64,000 nucleotides of DNA from Rhina ancylostomus (GCA_030265395.1 JARFYF010000104.1:35755089-35819088); one strand, 5' to 3'. Numbered from the stretch's first letter, positions 35,331 to 50,300 are shown. The notes: generated by a model not told the origin, from the letters alone. A program made the numbers and translations.

Positions 35331-37552
35331 ATGCAGTTTCTTTTGTCTTCTGAAATTCTGTGAACTTCTTACCTTCTCTGCATACAAGTCCCCTTCATTG
35401 GTTCTCGGGTGCTTTACCCAAAAATATTAGCCACTATCACTTGAGAATTCTCACTAACCATCAGCAAGTAGCTAAGTGTCCTTTCAACTGAGGGATTTCA
35501 GAAATTGAACTAATCCACACCACAGAGAAGGGTGTTTGCCAAAGAGGAAGATGCAATAAATGTGAACAAATAAACACTTAATGGTAAAAATATTAGTGAA
35601 GTGCTGTTGCATCTTGTCCAGTTGGAGGAAGTATTCAATTGTAAATCGACTTCTCTAAATTAATTCCTCAATCAGTGCAAGCAAGCTTAATTACAATTTG
35701 CATTAAGACCAGGGACTCAATTACAGAACTGTGATATTTCTCAACAGATAACTGTTCTTTCTGTCATCCAGTCAGCAAACCATCAGAGAAACCGATCGCC
35801 ATGATTATGAAACCTCAGACTACACGAGAAGATGAAGTGCCCAGTTTAAGTACGGGAATACCCTGGATTCCACAGAGATCAAACTTGATTCCATTCTTTC
35901 AACAGCAGACATGCCTTCTTGGAGCCACTTTCTAAGCTAATGGGATTCTGTTAAACACCTCCCACATGAATAACTCATCACTAAAAAAAAACTAACAAGG
36001 CTAAATGCTTCCTCGGTTACCAGATACCACAAATCCTTAAGTTAAAGCATGAGCAGTTGTCTGAAATTATATATACGCAGAGCAAATATTGTTTATACAA
36101 ACATTCCATCTATCGCCTGAACAGTAACATATTCCAAAAGATCTTGACTGATTGACAGCTGTCCATTTTATCACATTATTTAGAATATATTACTCAGAAT
36201 ATGCATTGCTTGATGTAACATTCGATTCAAGGATTGCCCTTAAGTAGTTCATCTTCCCCTCCCCCAATCCTGGGGCTAACATATTTTTTACCGTAAAGTT
36301 GGAATCACCACTTTGCATAAACAGTCTGCTCAAATCATGGTGCATCTTCTGGAAATACTTTAGCTATACCGGACTCAGTAGCAACAGATATAAAATAACC
36401 CCAATCCTGGTGGTGTCCTCAACTCAAAGAACACTTACTAATTTGTTCACTTGTTCTGACAATGTCCAAAAGAAAGCAAACACTTCAGCCAAGTTCTATC
36501 AAGCAGTNNNNNNNNNNNNNNNNNNNNNNNNNNNNNNNNNNNNNNNNNNNNNNNNNNNNNNNNNNNNNNNNNNNNNNNNNNNNNNNNNNNNNNNNNNNNN
36601 NNNNNNNGTGACAAATGCTCCCAAGGGATGCATGCAATCCACTGCTTGGAGAGTCGGATCAGTGACCCCTGTGTTAGCAATCCCCACACAGAATTGAAGG
36701 AAATGGTGACACTGCTAACAATGTAAAGGTCAAGCGGCTGGCTGCCATTCTGTGCGTCAAACAGCAGAGGTCAAGGGCTTCAGGTAACATAAGGCTTCAG
36801 GCTGAATGTAAGCATAATCAATCTGCTTTAACAAATCAACTTTAGTCGGTTAAGCTACACAAGGCACATAGCTTCTCAATGCAGGGGTCTTGACTTTGAG
36901 GCAGGGAGTCAGACAGCAACCCTCATAAATACTGCTCTGAATGTGCCGGAACAAATTAAAGTTGATATATCTGGGACACAGGGATGTCACAAGCCCAACC
37001 AGTACAAAACAGTGGCTTGACCAGACATCAGTCTTTTCCAGGGCCTAATTTGTTGCAGCTTTTCTGCAGCATGAGAAAATGTTCTAACACCGCTTTTGTG
37101 TCAATGTAATATCTTCCTCAATCATAACACAACCTGCTATTAATATTTGAGAAGGCTAGGTAAAGTGAGATGAAAATAATTCTACGGATGCATTGCTAGC
37201 ACTAACAGCCCAGTCGTGCTCAAGGTGGAGCAGATGCATTGGTCAATCAGTCGTGTCACTCACTGGACTATATACTTGGTGGTGAAAAGAGTTTAGGCAT
37301 CAGATCAGTGGGAGAGGACATGTGAAATCTGTTCAGAACTACATTCAAAATATTGGCTCTGGTTGGGCAGCAGGGGCACTCATCCTTACAGTCAGTGGAA
37401 ACTGCACTCATAGTGTTTGTGGAAGGTAATAATGTATCTGTTCTACCATCAGCACCTACATTTAACAGATCCAGCCACTGCCTATATCTGTGCACCCCTG
37501 GAGATCGGCAATGCATTGATGAATATATCACACTTCTTTTCAAACAGGGCAA

Positions 37553-37600
37553 AAAAAGATCACATGGACAAAAAATCACATGGACAAAAAAATCACATGG
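37553..37600. repeat. Short tandem repeat, about 16-17-bp unit AAAAAATCACATGGAC, about 3 copies
   Basis: AAAAAGATCACATGGAC AAAAAATCACATGGAC AAAAAAATCACATGG. Confidence 0.85.
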
Positions 37601-37899
37601 CATTTATACCCTTCAATACACAATGCATCCTGCCATGTGATTTTCCATCACCATGAAGGTCCTATTATCAAATTGCAATGCTATCAAATCAAGGATGTTC
37701 TTAATGTAAAACAGTCTGCACTTCCACCAAGATCTCTGACCACATTCTCCAGGAAAAAAAAACACTCCTGTTATAGGTATGAAAAATGTGTGTAATCAAC
37801 CAACTTTTTGAAGTACTTCTCAAATCCACTGACCACAATTTCAGAAATCATTTCAATGTTTAGCGCTAAATCTGTGAGTTAACTTCAGTCATCACCAAC

Positions 37900-38340
37900 T
37901 TATGGAGAGAGGGTGAGCAGGTTGAGACTTTTTTTCTATGGATTGTCAGACAATGAGGGGTGATCTTATAGAGGTGCATGAAGTCATGCGGGACAGGGAT
38001 AGGGTGAATGCACACAGTCTTTTTCTCAGGGTTGAGGAATCAAGAACTGGAGAGCATAGGTTTAAGGTGAGAGGGGAAAGATTTAGCAGGAACCCGAGTG
38101 GTGACTTTTTCACCCTGACGGCAGTATATGGAACGAGCTGCTAGAGAAAGTGATTGAGGCAGGTACACTGACAACATTTAAAAGGCACTTGGGCAGGTGC
38201 ATGGATAGGAAAGATTCAGAGAGATATGGGCTGAGCACAGGCAAATGGGACTAGTTAGATGGGAACTTTAGTCAGCATGGAGCAATTGGAGCAAATGAGC
38301 AAAAGAGCCCATTTCCCATGCTGTATGACTAGGATTCTAT
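37900..38340 (+). mobile_element. CR1 (HER1-like) 3' end
   Basis: MRGDLIEVHEVMRDRDRVNAHSLFLRVEESRTGEHRFKVRGERF; tail CCATGCTGTATGACT. Confidence 0.88.
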
Positions 38341-38824
38341 AATTTCTGGAGTAAAATTAAGAGGGAAAGGTTTCAACTTCAAAATGTGGTTCTAAAACGA
38401 ATAAAGCCTGACATTATAGCGAAACAATAGCTCAGGTTCAATATCTAGATTAATGTTGTCCCCCTTCTAAACATTAATATTTTCATTGTGTAACATTATT
38501 ACCAAATTTATCTTAAATGGGAGAAGAAAACCATTATACATCAGTCAATCAATTGAAAAAAAAGACATGGTTATAACACTGTTTTACCTATTACACATTA
38601 ACAGATTTGGGTTTCCCATCCCAACCTGAAGACACCCCATTTTCAAGAATACCCACTGAAACAGACAACCAATGAAACAATTTTGTGAACCTTAGCAAAA
38701 AGTGAGTGCATCATATATGGTTGTCTTCACTGCAAAACTGTTAAACAGTGCATTACCATCGCCTTGAAGTTTGACTGTAATAAAATGTCCTCAGAAGACT
38801 ACTGTAACACACTGCCCATGGAAG

Positions 38825-38955
38825 TATATGTTCATGTTTTTCCCGTAAACGTTGCATCTCTAATGCTATGTGCCTGTGATGCTACAGCAAGTAAGTTTTG
38901 CATTGCTCCTATGCATATCTGTACTTGTGCATATGGCAATAAACTCGACTTTGAC
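38825..38955 (+). mobile_element. Rex-Babar-type 3' UTR tail
   Basis: TGTGCCTGTGATGCTACAGCAAGTAAGTTTT...TGTACTTGTGCATATGGCAATAAACTCGACTTTGAC, homologous to 10650-10752. Confidence 0.7.
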
Positions 38956-39534
38956 TACAGTCTGTTGTGCTGATCAGCTTGTGTTCTAATATTAGGGAGG
39001 GAGAATCTGGGAATTTCCATAAAGTGCTGACTATTAAATTCTTAATGCACTAGGATCAGGATACACAGCAAAGAAGATGATAACAACTCATGTCTACATA
39101 TGTATGGGTAATATTGTGCACCGACTTAAATTTCAGTAGATTTGGCAAAAGGAACAGTTAGCTTTTCAAAGGTGAATCACACACTACAAGGGCGCAAGGT
39201 AAGACATGACTGTGGTGGTAAGTCCATGCCAGTGCACACCAAGCCCTCCAAACCTCACACAGCTGGATGCAGAACTGGACCTCAGCAGCTCATTGAACAA
39301 CAGAATAACTCTAGAGCAACAAAAAAGTCTGCAAGGTACTGGAATAAATCCTGGCTACACAAGGCTCTATTGTGGAGAGGTTGGAGATTGCCAGTCATGT
39401 GGCAGGATGATATCATGGACCTTTGTGAGGATATCCACATCTAAGGAAAGAGTACCCATAAATATGGAATACCAAACATGGCAATAAACAAGTGCAAACA
39501 GCCCTGCATCCAGGAATGCGCGCTATGAACACTA

Positions 39535-39841
39535 CAGCACAGTGGCGCAGCAGGTTCAGTCCTGACCTTGGGTGCTGTCTGTGTAGAATTTGCATGTTCC
39601 CCCTGTGACTGCATGGGTTTCCCCTCGGTGCTCTGGTTTCCTCCCATATTCCAAAGATGTGTGGGTCGGTAGGTTAATAAGCTACTGTAAATTGTGCTTA
39701 ATGCGCAGTCGTAGAATCTGGGCTGGGGAGTTGAGGGAAATGTGGGGAGAATAAATTGGATTAATATAAATGAGTGCTCGGTGGTTAGCACAGACTTGGT
39801 GGGCTGAAGTGCCCGGTTTCCATGTTTTGTGACTCAATGAC
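39535..39841 (+). mobile_element. V-SINE (HE1-like) with CR1-derived tail
   Basis: GCACAGTGGCGCAG (A box), GGTTCAGTCCTG (B box), V-domain GTGTAGAATTTGCATGTTC...GGTTTCCTCCCA, tail GGGCTGAAGTGCCCGGTTTCCATG...GACTCAATGAC. Confidence 0.85.
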
Positions 39842-42800
39842 GCTGTTTTTTATAACCTTGTGTTGAAATGTTCAACATCCCACACACATTCAGCGAAGTA
39901 CTTCAGCAACCCACTGCCTGAAAAGACTCACGGGAGGGTCATGACAGGGACACAGATCAAAATCTGACCTATCTCACCCACTGACACACTGCCCCACATG
40001 CTACCTGGTGAAATAGGGGTGGGGCAGCCCACAGCAGACACCACATCCAGAAGACGTCAGCTCAAAGCCTTCAGAGAGCCAACCACCATCTCCACTGAAG
40101 CCACACCAGGGAGAGGAGAAGTTACTATTGCTATTTGACAAAGAAATATGTGTGAAAGTTTTCCAGTGTTAAGAGTCTGAGGTGTTAGTTCTTTGGACCT
40201 GCATAAAATTTACATTGTGGCACCACTTTCAAGTCTGCATCGGTTATCTTTGTCGCTTGATAACTACCCTTCAAACTTGTGTGGAAAGGGGGCTTGAGGA
40301 AGTATGACTAGATGTCTGAAGGACTGGGTTGTGTTGGTGGAAGGGAGCCAGGCAGAGTGGAGATGCTATCCAGAATATGTCTGCTGGCACTAATGGAGTC
40401 CAACCGAACCTCACAGCCATGAGTGCATGCCAAGCATCCTATGCAGAGCTATATATGCTCTTCCAATGATGCCTGTAACTTCTTTTCTTCCTGCTCTTTA
40501 TCTGNNNNNNNNNNTGAAGAGGTTATGCCTCAGGTGGAATATACAAACAGCCCTCACCGCTGCACACTGTTGTGAAGTGGGGAGCAGACTAACACCTTAC
40601 TCAAATTCCTATCCAATGCATATGAAGTGGATCGGTCAACACATCTAAAATGCAATTTCAATATTCAAATAGCTCGTTCAATTACAATTCAGGCGGACAG
40701 ATGGTTGAAGGGTTGTTGCTGTGCCTTATTACATAGAACCCTTACTAGGAACATCAGCCAGGCTTCCAGTGTATCACTTGTTGCCAACCGCTTTCTTCAT
40801 GAATGGGTAAAGGATTGCGAGGGGTTGTAGTACCACAGGATGAATGAACAGTGGCACCCGCCCAAGTAATGTTCAGGCACCTGGAGAAACATCTTCCTAC
40901 AGTTGTAGACCAGGCATGAGAACAGGGTGCCTCAATACCCATGAGTGCAGTGGTGACCCCTGTACTAATGGGAACTGAGCCACAGCCTATCCGCTCATTT
41001 CAACAGCTCTCATTGGTGGCACAGTTCCTGTTCAAATCAGCACTTGTAAACAAAGCTTCAGGCAGCTGTCATTGATGAACAGCTGAATCCAAAATGTAAC
41101 AGGGCCCTAGAAGTGTCCCAAAGAGCAGAGACCATAGACCATGGCTCCTTTAATAGCCACCGAAGCAACATGTCCACCAGGGACACCGGGTAGCAGGTGT
41201 TGTTCTGGGACTGCAATGTTCTGTCACCACTTTCCAGGTTAGTCTGAGCCCCCAAGACTATAAAATTCCACTGTTCAGGAAATTAAGGCTCTGCCTGTAC
41301 ACCCTTAGTACAGGATAGGATCTCCTGCAAGCTGCATCTTTGTTTGCGATCTCCCCTCTAGTTTGTAGCTGCAGTTGCTGAGATTGCTGTGACTTTCTGT
41401 CCCATTCCTTGCTGCCTGAATAGCACCCAGCAAGAAAACTTCCAACTACAATTAGCATGTGGATGGCTCCAAGCTCAGATACACCTAACAGCAAAGTCAC
41501 CACAACTTCTCTCAACATTTTTTCCAACGTTTCCCAAAGAAGGCTATGCGAAGAACCACTTAATTCAGCAACTGTGAGGCCACAGTATGAATTGCCTGGT
41601 GAGCTTCTCCTCCACTCCATCTACTCTAGTCACTGGAGAGATATGTGGACCTTGGGAAAGAAAGTATCCAGAATTGTTCAAAAACTGAATTAAGCTATCT
41701 TAATGAGTATGTAGCATTTCAAAAAGCAGCCTTTATTGAGGATGCTTGATTCCTACTGCCAGATATAGTCAAGTCATTGCAGAAGATGCTACATTCATAT
41801 TGGGGTCCTCACCATTCAACTGTTATGCAATTTTAACCCTGCCCCATCTCCCCCTCACTGACCTGCCTCAACTGTCAACTCACTACAACATACCCCTACT
41901 TGAGGGGACTTGGAACTTTCCCCATCTCATCCCCACCACCAAAAAACCTAGGTTCACAGTGAAAGTAAAAATTGCCATACCATCCTTGAATGAAAAATTG
42001 CAGAGTTTCTTAGCAGCAATTCCAAACTTACCAAAGTCTTCACTGCAAGGGCAAATGCCCAACAGAGAAGACTGCCAGATTGTGAAGACTTGCACATGCA
42101 TTTTCACCTACATTGTTAACAATCTGTAAACTTGTATTGATGGAAAACTAAATGTCTGTATGATATAAATAACAGAGGGGAAATGTTATTGAAACAGAGC
42201 ACAGTCCCAAAGAAACTTTGCTACAGATTAAAATTTGTGTTTGGCATTACCAGCCAGAGACTGGTAACCAATATACTTTTCAGATGGTATCTGCTGAACT
42301 TCCCTTCTTCTTACCAACCCAACACTAAGAATATCGCACAAAGGTTATTACATGGATTCTTCTAACTTTGAGCACTCAGCAACAATTTCTGGTAGAATCT
42401 CAATTTCTGCCATCCGTGGTACAGCTTTGCAAGATTAAAAAAGTTTCCACCAATTTTTAGCCTCATCAAGTACCTGAATGAAGTAATTTATTTTTTTAAT
42501 GGGGGAACATGGTTGATTTGTAACATTCAACTAATTATACCAAGAAATTTCCTCTCTCCCCCAATGCTACCCCGCATGAAATGTTTTGATCCTGCTTAAA
42601 ACCAAAGTGGCACAAGAAGCTAGCAGGTGTTTCCATTGTTCTTTTAGCCCAATTTGCTGACTATTAGTTGCACGGTATNNNNNNNNNNNNNNNNNNNNNN
42701 NNNNNNNNNNNNCACCCGAGTCTGCAAAAGAAATCTGAGAACTTAAAACTTTGAAAATGGCAGGAAAAATTAAATCTGAATTATAAATTAAAATGTGCAG

Positions 42801-45409
42801 CCAATGTGTATGCATACTCTATATTTGGTAATTATGCTAACACTGCATCCTTACAGTTTGAAAGCTGGTGTTTAAAGAAAAGAATTTGAAAAAGCTTTAT
42901 TCTCCAAGATCACTCTAATTCTGGGAAAAAAATAAAAGACAGCAGCTTAGGAACAGCAACCGTCAAAAACTTTTCAGAATCCTTCACTGCATTGCAGATG
43001 CCAGCTAGCGAATCAGAGTCACCGCACACGTACACAATCAGCTTTCGATGCCAAGCCTAGTTCCACTGGCAACCATTATTGGCTCCGCGCATGTGCCTTA
43101 ATCTCTCTTGGCATGAGAAGAGCAAAATGGTGGCTCGCAAATCAATGGTACAGAGACACAAAAGTGCTTCCATGCTCTTCAGAGTACAGTAATTTAAACT
43201 AAGAAAGCGCTGCTTTTTTATTAACCGACATCTTGAATCATTACTAACAGATTCAACTTTGCTGCCCAATCCTTCAGAAGCACAAAATGTAGCTCAGGCT
43301 TTCAGTTTTCAGTGGCTCATTCTGAGTTTTAGACTGCACTGCTGAAAATGGGCAATTTTGTTTTCCCAACTGTTTCCCTTCCAATCCTGCTACTGAGATG
43401 ATGCCACTATCATGAGAAGATTTTTGCAAAATCCAAAACCATCATTATGTCAAGCACAGTGTTCTTCTAATAAACATCTTGAATGACAGAGGAAATTGTT
43501 AAAACTACAGACTATTCAACAACAGTGTACTTTCTGTCCAGTTAATGAACTTCTGCTTCATAAAAAGCTTACAATGCCGGCAATTCTTTTGCACAGTGCT
43601 CCTTTTGGGGATGCAGAGAAAGGAAGAAAGTTTTTTAAATAATTAAGTTATGTCACAACTTGTGCAGCAAGTTGAAAATTAGTTTTTCTTTAGCTTAACA
43701 GTTTCTGTTAATGAGCTGAGCTACATTAAACACAGTCATCAAGTGAACATCACTGGTGGCTAATTTTCTCCCTCACATTGCCAGATGCTTTAAGATGCTG
43801 CTATTCCATGTAATTAAAACAAAATTCAAATGCCTTTTATTTTACTTCTTATATTGTAATGATTAATGTTTCCAATGTAATTTTTTTTTAGAAAATTACT
43901 TTGAAAGGCAAATATCATATTAATACAGATGGAAGAAGGTCCAACAAATTGTGGGCACAGGAGTTTGACAAAAATGGCTGTATGTATGTAAGGCAGGAAG
44001 AATGTCTTGGGAAAGAAGGCAGAGAAAAACAGGTTCTGTACTATAGGCAATGTCTCCTGGTATTTCAGAGTTGGCTTTTGATGAGACAAGCAGTACATGT
44101 GGTCAAGTTGGCCAATGTGGTAACGCTAATTTTCCTTCCTTCACACTTCTCCACAGATCCTTCATGGTAGTTGCAGCACTGGGTAGAGTCCTGATACATC
44201 AAAATAAGCTATGTTGAAAAATCCAGTTGAGAAAAGACAAGAAACAGACTTCTGAAACTGCTGTATATGTGTAAGTGTCTTTTGCAGCATTTATTCCCCG
44301 CGACTCTATTTTTAGACTGTTGCACCATGTGCTAACAGATTGTCCTCAGGGCAATATCTGAGCATTACTTGTATCTTTATAAAAATGAAATAGCAATAAC
44401 CCCATAACCCGTTCCTCTAAACAAGTTGGCAATTTCATTCCACTAATGCAGCATCACCCGAATGCAGCAATTGGCACCAGTGAAAAATTGGAGAATTTGA
44501 GGGATAAAATCAGATTTCTAAATAAAATGTGAAGCATGTGCCAGTTCTAAAGTAATTAAATGCAGATTATTCACCTTAAATATTATGGGCCAACTGGACA
44601 TTTCCTATGTTGCAACAACCTACCAACCTACAATCGTTTAAGCTGTTGATCCAACATTCTGGAGGTTACACACAATCTGCATTCATGTTAAGTGACTGTT
44701 GGCAATAGAAGCAATCAGAAAGCTGATAAATATATGGATTATTCTGGTCACTCTGATCAAGTTTACCCTAAACAAAGAGACAAACTTCCCATGTTCCTGC
44801 TGGCCAACTGTAAACTATTCACATGTTTTCTTCAATATACAGTTTGACAACTTCCACAGTCAAGTATTATAAAGTTACACTTAAACATTCCATTTGATTT
44901 TTTTCCCCCAAATTACAGCTATTGTTCCTGCACTATGATGTGTTCATAAAGTAAAAGTACACTCTCAATAAATGGAAAATATAAAAATAATTACAAGACA
45001 GGGCCTCACCTACAGATTAAGAAGGAGAAAAAAATATCTCTGGTGTTTATTTTCCATTATTGTGCTAAACATTGGTAGAGCAACACACAAACAAGCAGAG
45101 ACTTTTGAGAAATTATTTTAGGAAAATAATGCATAAAGTACAACAGTCTTTCAATAAAACAGGACTCATTCATGTTACAAAAAAGTCTATTCATCCAGAA
45201 TGTTTCAAATGATTTCTGACCCCGTCATATCTAATTTTACCAACGTAATAAACCTAAGCATTTTCTTTGCTTCAGGGGTAGAAGATCTATTACCAATATG
45301 TTCCTTCCTGTACTGTCAAATAAAATCCAGGGAGTCTCCATAAACACTGACACTACCTGACCACCAGGATCTTAACATCTCCTGGCTTTATTGTACAGAT
45401 ATCCAGATA

Positions 45410-45520
45410 GATAAATAGGGGGCTAGGAGGTAAGGGTTAGATAGATCTTAGAGCAAGATAAAATGTCGGCACAACATGGTGGGCCAAAGGGCCTATACTG
45501 TGCTGCAGTGTTCTATGTTT
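45410..45520 (+). mobile_element. Short CR1-type 3' tail
   Basis: GTCGGCACAACATGGTGGGCCAAAGGGCCTATACTGTGCTGCAGTGTTCTATGTT. Confidence 0.75.
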
Positions 45521-46795
45521 TACGTGACTTGTGCCAGTGGAAAAGAGTGCTCTGAAAATTGTAAATGCCAGCAGGCACATCTTGGTGCAGCAGTAAGCTC
45601 TGTTCCTATTCACGACTCTCATTGTGTAACCTTAAATCTACATTCTGAAAGGTAGCCATCCAAGAACAATGTTTCACTTCAAGGCTTTCAAAACTGATCT
45701 GTGTCCTGTCTTTGCTGTACTGTAACTACAATCACTGTCTCTCACAATCAAAACTGGAAACTGTGCAGGAAAGCTACGAAGAAACTTAGCGACTTAAGGT
45801 GAAGGTGGTGCTTCACTCCGCACTGTAAGAGCTGGAAGTTGACAACTTCAACAGCAAAGGAGGCTTCTGCTTTTATTGGAAAGTGTCTGACTGACTTCTA
45901 TTTGTTTCCTGAACACTGTCAGTCACATGACTGTGTCGACAGTTTTCCCATGGCAACAGCATTACAATAGCTGATCCAAAAACAATCTGCCCACTGTAAA
46001 GTGGAAGAGATACAGGTTCATGTCCCTTACTTTCCAAATAGCAAATTCCTACTATTGCCCAGTAAGCAGAGACAATGCACCTCCCTCACAGTAACGGGGA
46101 GTCTGTCAACCTCAGCAGTATGACACACTTCCCTGCAGTCAGTTAAAAGATGGACATTTACAAAGGTCCAGCCTTTCAACTAGACTTTTGCATTAAAATG
46201 GGGAAACCCTTAGAAGGGAGAGAGAAAAAAATGAAATACTTAAATAATTTCAAATCTAAGTCCTCTTGTAAAAGAAAACTTCAAGGAACACTTTGGGAAA
46301 GAAGTTAAATCATATGGTACACTATTGGATGAAAAGTACTGTTTATTCCATGTTTGTAAAGAGCCTTTCAATGTCAATGTTAAAAGGTCCATGAGGTTAC
46401 CTGTGGTTGTCATCCCAAACGAATAATATCACTTCAGCAATAAACTGTGACTCAGCTGATAACTGGTCCCATTTCAACTGTTAAAGTGACTGAAGAGATT
46501 TCTTCAAAGAGTGAATACTTATGAAATAACATGGAACTAGTGAAACACGACATCCTATATTTACCAGACAATTTCTCACGTACAACCTTATATTTTCTTG
46601 GTAAAATTAAGGCTTGAGAAATAATGCAATCAATACAAATTCTGGGAAGTTTTTTGAAATGTATGAGCAAGATGGTTTCAAAGTGGAAGGCAGAATGATA
46701 AAAACACTTCTAGAATTAAACATTGAAAAAATTCATACTCAGCCAATGATTCTCTGGAGGAATAATGTCACCACCCAACAATTATGCCCCCTTAC

Positions 46796-47399
<604 letters not shown>

Positions 47400-50300
47400 T
47401 TAATTATGACGTTTACAAAACAAAGTTCAATAAAACTGACAGAACAAGGAAGAATGAAACCATATTGCTTTTTCTCCTTATCATATGGAGATTGAAGAGC
47501 TAAATCCTAAGTCAGAAACAGTCTTAACTGTAGCTAAACATCATGCATTTGAGAATGTTCTCAGCAAGGCAACACTATGAACAATAAATGCCATTAGATC
47601 AAGTCCTATTTCTCATCAAATACCCTGACATTTCTGTAGCTCCATTTCAGTCTACATCTTAAATAAATCTTTACACATTCAGTCGATGATGGGGCATGGA
47701 GAAAAGGAACTGTTCTTGCCGGGAAGTTAGGCTGGACAAACGATAAGCATAAATGTTAATGTTTCCAATAATTTCTGCTTTCAGTTTTACACTTCGCAGT
47801 GTTAGGAACAGATCAAATATGTTCACTGGTAAAGATATAAACGATGAAGTCCACAATACTGATTAGTTTGCTATGGCAATCTGTGCAATTATTTTCCAAA
47901 ACTTTGAAACCATAGCTGCTGCAGAATAATGAAATTTGGTAACTTTTCTGCACTAGGCATTTTTTTGTGTTTTGCATACTGTGACTGGAATGTCAGCTCA
48001 AATTTGCTGAAAGTTTTAATTCAAACAGCATTTTATATCTGGCAGATGTAATGAACTGTTCTCTTTCCACTACAGCCTTCAGCAGACTTCTTTATTTTAC
48101 TTAATTATTTATGCTTTTAATAAATAAAGTATTTATATTATGCAATATTATTATTGACTGACAAATCATGTTCATTGAATGACAATTAACATTTCCCACT
48201 GCCCCAACAAAAGGTTGGAAAATTCCTGGATGATTTTGAATACTATCTTCCTTTTCTTAAGTAAGCAGCTGGCTAATGAATGTAAAAAGTAGTAATTTTA
48301 TGTTTGTATATAATTTATTTCAAAAAATCAAAAACATTATTACAGTGCCAGTGGTTTTGTAAAATATAATAAGACACTAAAGAGTTAAGCCACAAACTTT
48401 CTGCATGAATACCAGCTCTGTTCTGGGTAACCACAGCCTAAGATAAAAATGCTTCTGCTCCTCAACTTCACTCCCATTGTTCAGTTTCCAAACTATCCAT
48501 TTACAGAGGAATCTTAGATTTGGAACCAGGTGCAAGAAAAAAGAAAGTTATTTTGTTTTTTTTCTAACATGCACCGCATTTACAATACCAATGAAAAATT
48601 CCTTTAAGTCAACCTTTGAAATTTTTTTAGCATAAAACTTAGCAACTGCAGAGCAACCAAGCAAGCCAATAGCTATCAGCTGCGCACAATTGTCTCGGCG
48701 TCAGAAACTCTAAAACAATGTTTCAAAAATCCCAAGCTACTGAAAATGGAGATGTACTTACCGCCTTCCTCTGCCTCCCTCCTCGGTAATTCTAGATGTA
48801 GTTTGTCATTTTAATTTAATACTTCCAAAAATAAATTAGAACCACTTCACTTAACCTCTGCACACTGTTCTCCGTGTAAAGTGCTTAAAAAAACGACTTG
48901 GGCACCAAGTTATTCTCACGCTTTGCGAATCAGTTCATGATAATTTCTCTCCGCTCTAAAGTTAGGTTTTTTTTTAATTAATGGAGGATTAAATTAAAAG
49001 AAAAATATTTAAAAGATTATCTAAAACTGTTTTAATTATTATAACATACTACTGTCAATTTATTAATTGAAATGTAGTTGAATGAATGTTACGTATTTTC
49101 TCAATTAAAAAAATGCATAAGGGCAATGTGTAAGTAAATCTTCATAAAATGCGCCATTGCAGCTCACGTCGCTAAAAGAAACTGTGATGTGGTTAAAACA
49201 GAGCAATGCTACAATTACTGCTCTTTTGGTCTTTCTTTCTAATGAAGAAAATAATTAACGACCTTAAAATTATACATTGGCATTCTTCCTGATTAAAAAA
49301 AAAATCTTTTCTGCATTCTGTCTCAAGCAAATTTAAAATTAACTTAAAACAATGTGTGCAACATTTGGCTGAAAAAGCTATAGGCTTCAAAGAAAAGCAA
49401 GCAAATATATTTTCTGCTTTTTTTCCCCAAGATGACAAACTTTGAATTGGCACGGCTTTCTTTCTCAAGTCAAGACAATCTTACATTTTTTTTCATCTGC
49501 TGATGGCATTTGCCTTTAGACAGCCAAAGTCAAGTCAACGTAGTTGAACTCAAGTTATTTTATTTGGTGGGATGCCATAGCTAGCCAATGCTGTACGGAA
49601 ATATACTTAAACTATAAAATGATCATCTTAAGCTAAATCCGCACACTGGTTTTATATTTTTATTTATAAGCTCTTCAACAAATACTATTTTCTGCCACAG
49701 ACAAGTCAAAAAAATTATATGTTGTTTTTTTCATTGTTTAATTTATATTAAAAATATAAGCATTTCTGTTTTTCCTCCTTTACTAACATGTAGACTCTCT
49801 CTAAAATTGCCTTTATATTTTATGACCTTCAGACACTTTGGAAAAGGAATCAAGTCCATGAATAAATATTTTTTGTCTTTGCTAAAGTCATTGCTTATAT
49901 AAACCATTTCCTTTCAGCCAGTTCAAATACTTTTGCAGTTTTTCATTCTAGTTATCATTAAATTAAAATGTTGCTTTTTATTTTGCTTCAGCATACATTA
50001 AGTGAGAAGTTTAAGTACCTATTATGTTCAATAAGTAGGTTTCAAGCTCTTCTCAACGGCTGAGACCAAACCTTAACTTGCTCTGTGTGCCTATTGCTAG
50101 CCAATTCACAAAGCACTGTGTAAAACCACACTCCAGTTACATATGTGAAGAAATTAAACTTTGAAGCGCACAAGATTAAGGGTGACCCAATGTTTATATT
50201 TTAACTAATTGTAACATTCTTATAAAGTTCATCAAGCCCCCATGCCAACACTATACCTAGAGCAAGCAATTCTTCAGTGACAAATACCATAACATTAAAT

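Larger units (their letters stand above)
1..46795 (-). other. NFIB: NFIB intron 2 (continues beyond the window)
   Basis: Starts at the GTAAG donor after exon 2. No exon-3-like peptide (DSGQSGSPS-like) seen; the content is repeats and non-coding DNA. Vertebrate NFI genes have a very long intron after this exon. Confidence 0.8.

Noticed and set aside
37553-37600. Short repeat array as CRISPR-like
   Set aside because: Eukaryotic intron, no unique spacers; a simple tandem repeat.
39850-42120. GC-balanced block with several short ORFs, possibly a decayed PIF/Harbinger or other transposon
   Set aside because: I could not identify TIRs, TSDs or a diagnostic transposase or Myb motif; needs a repeat-library search.
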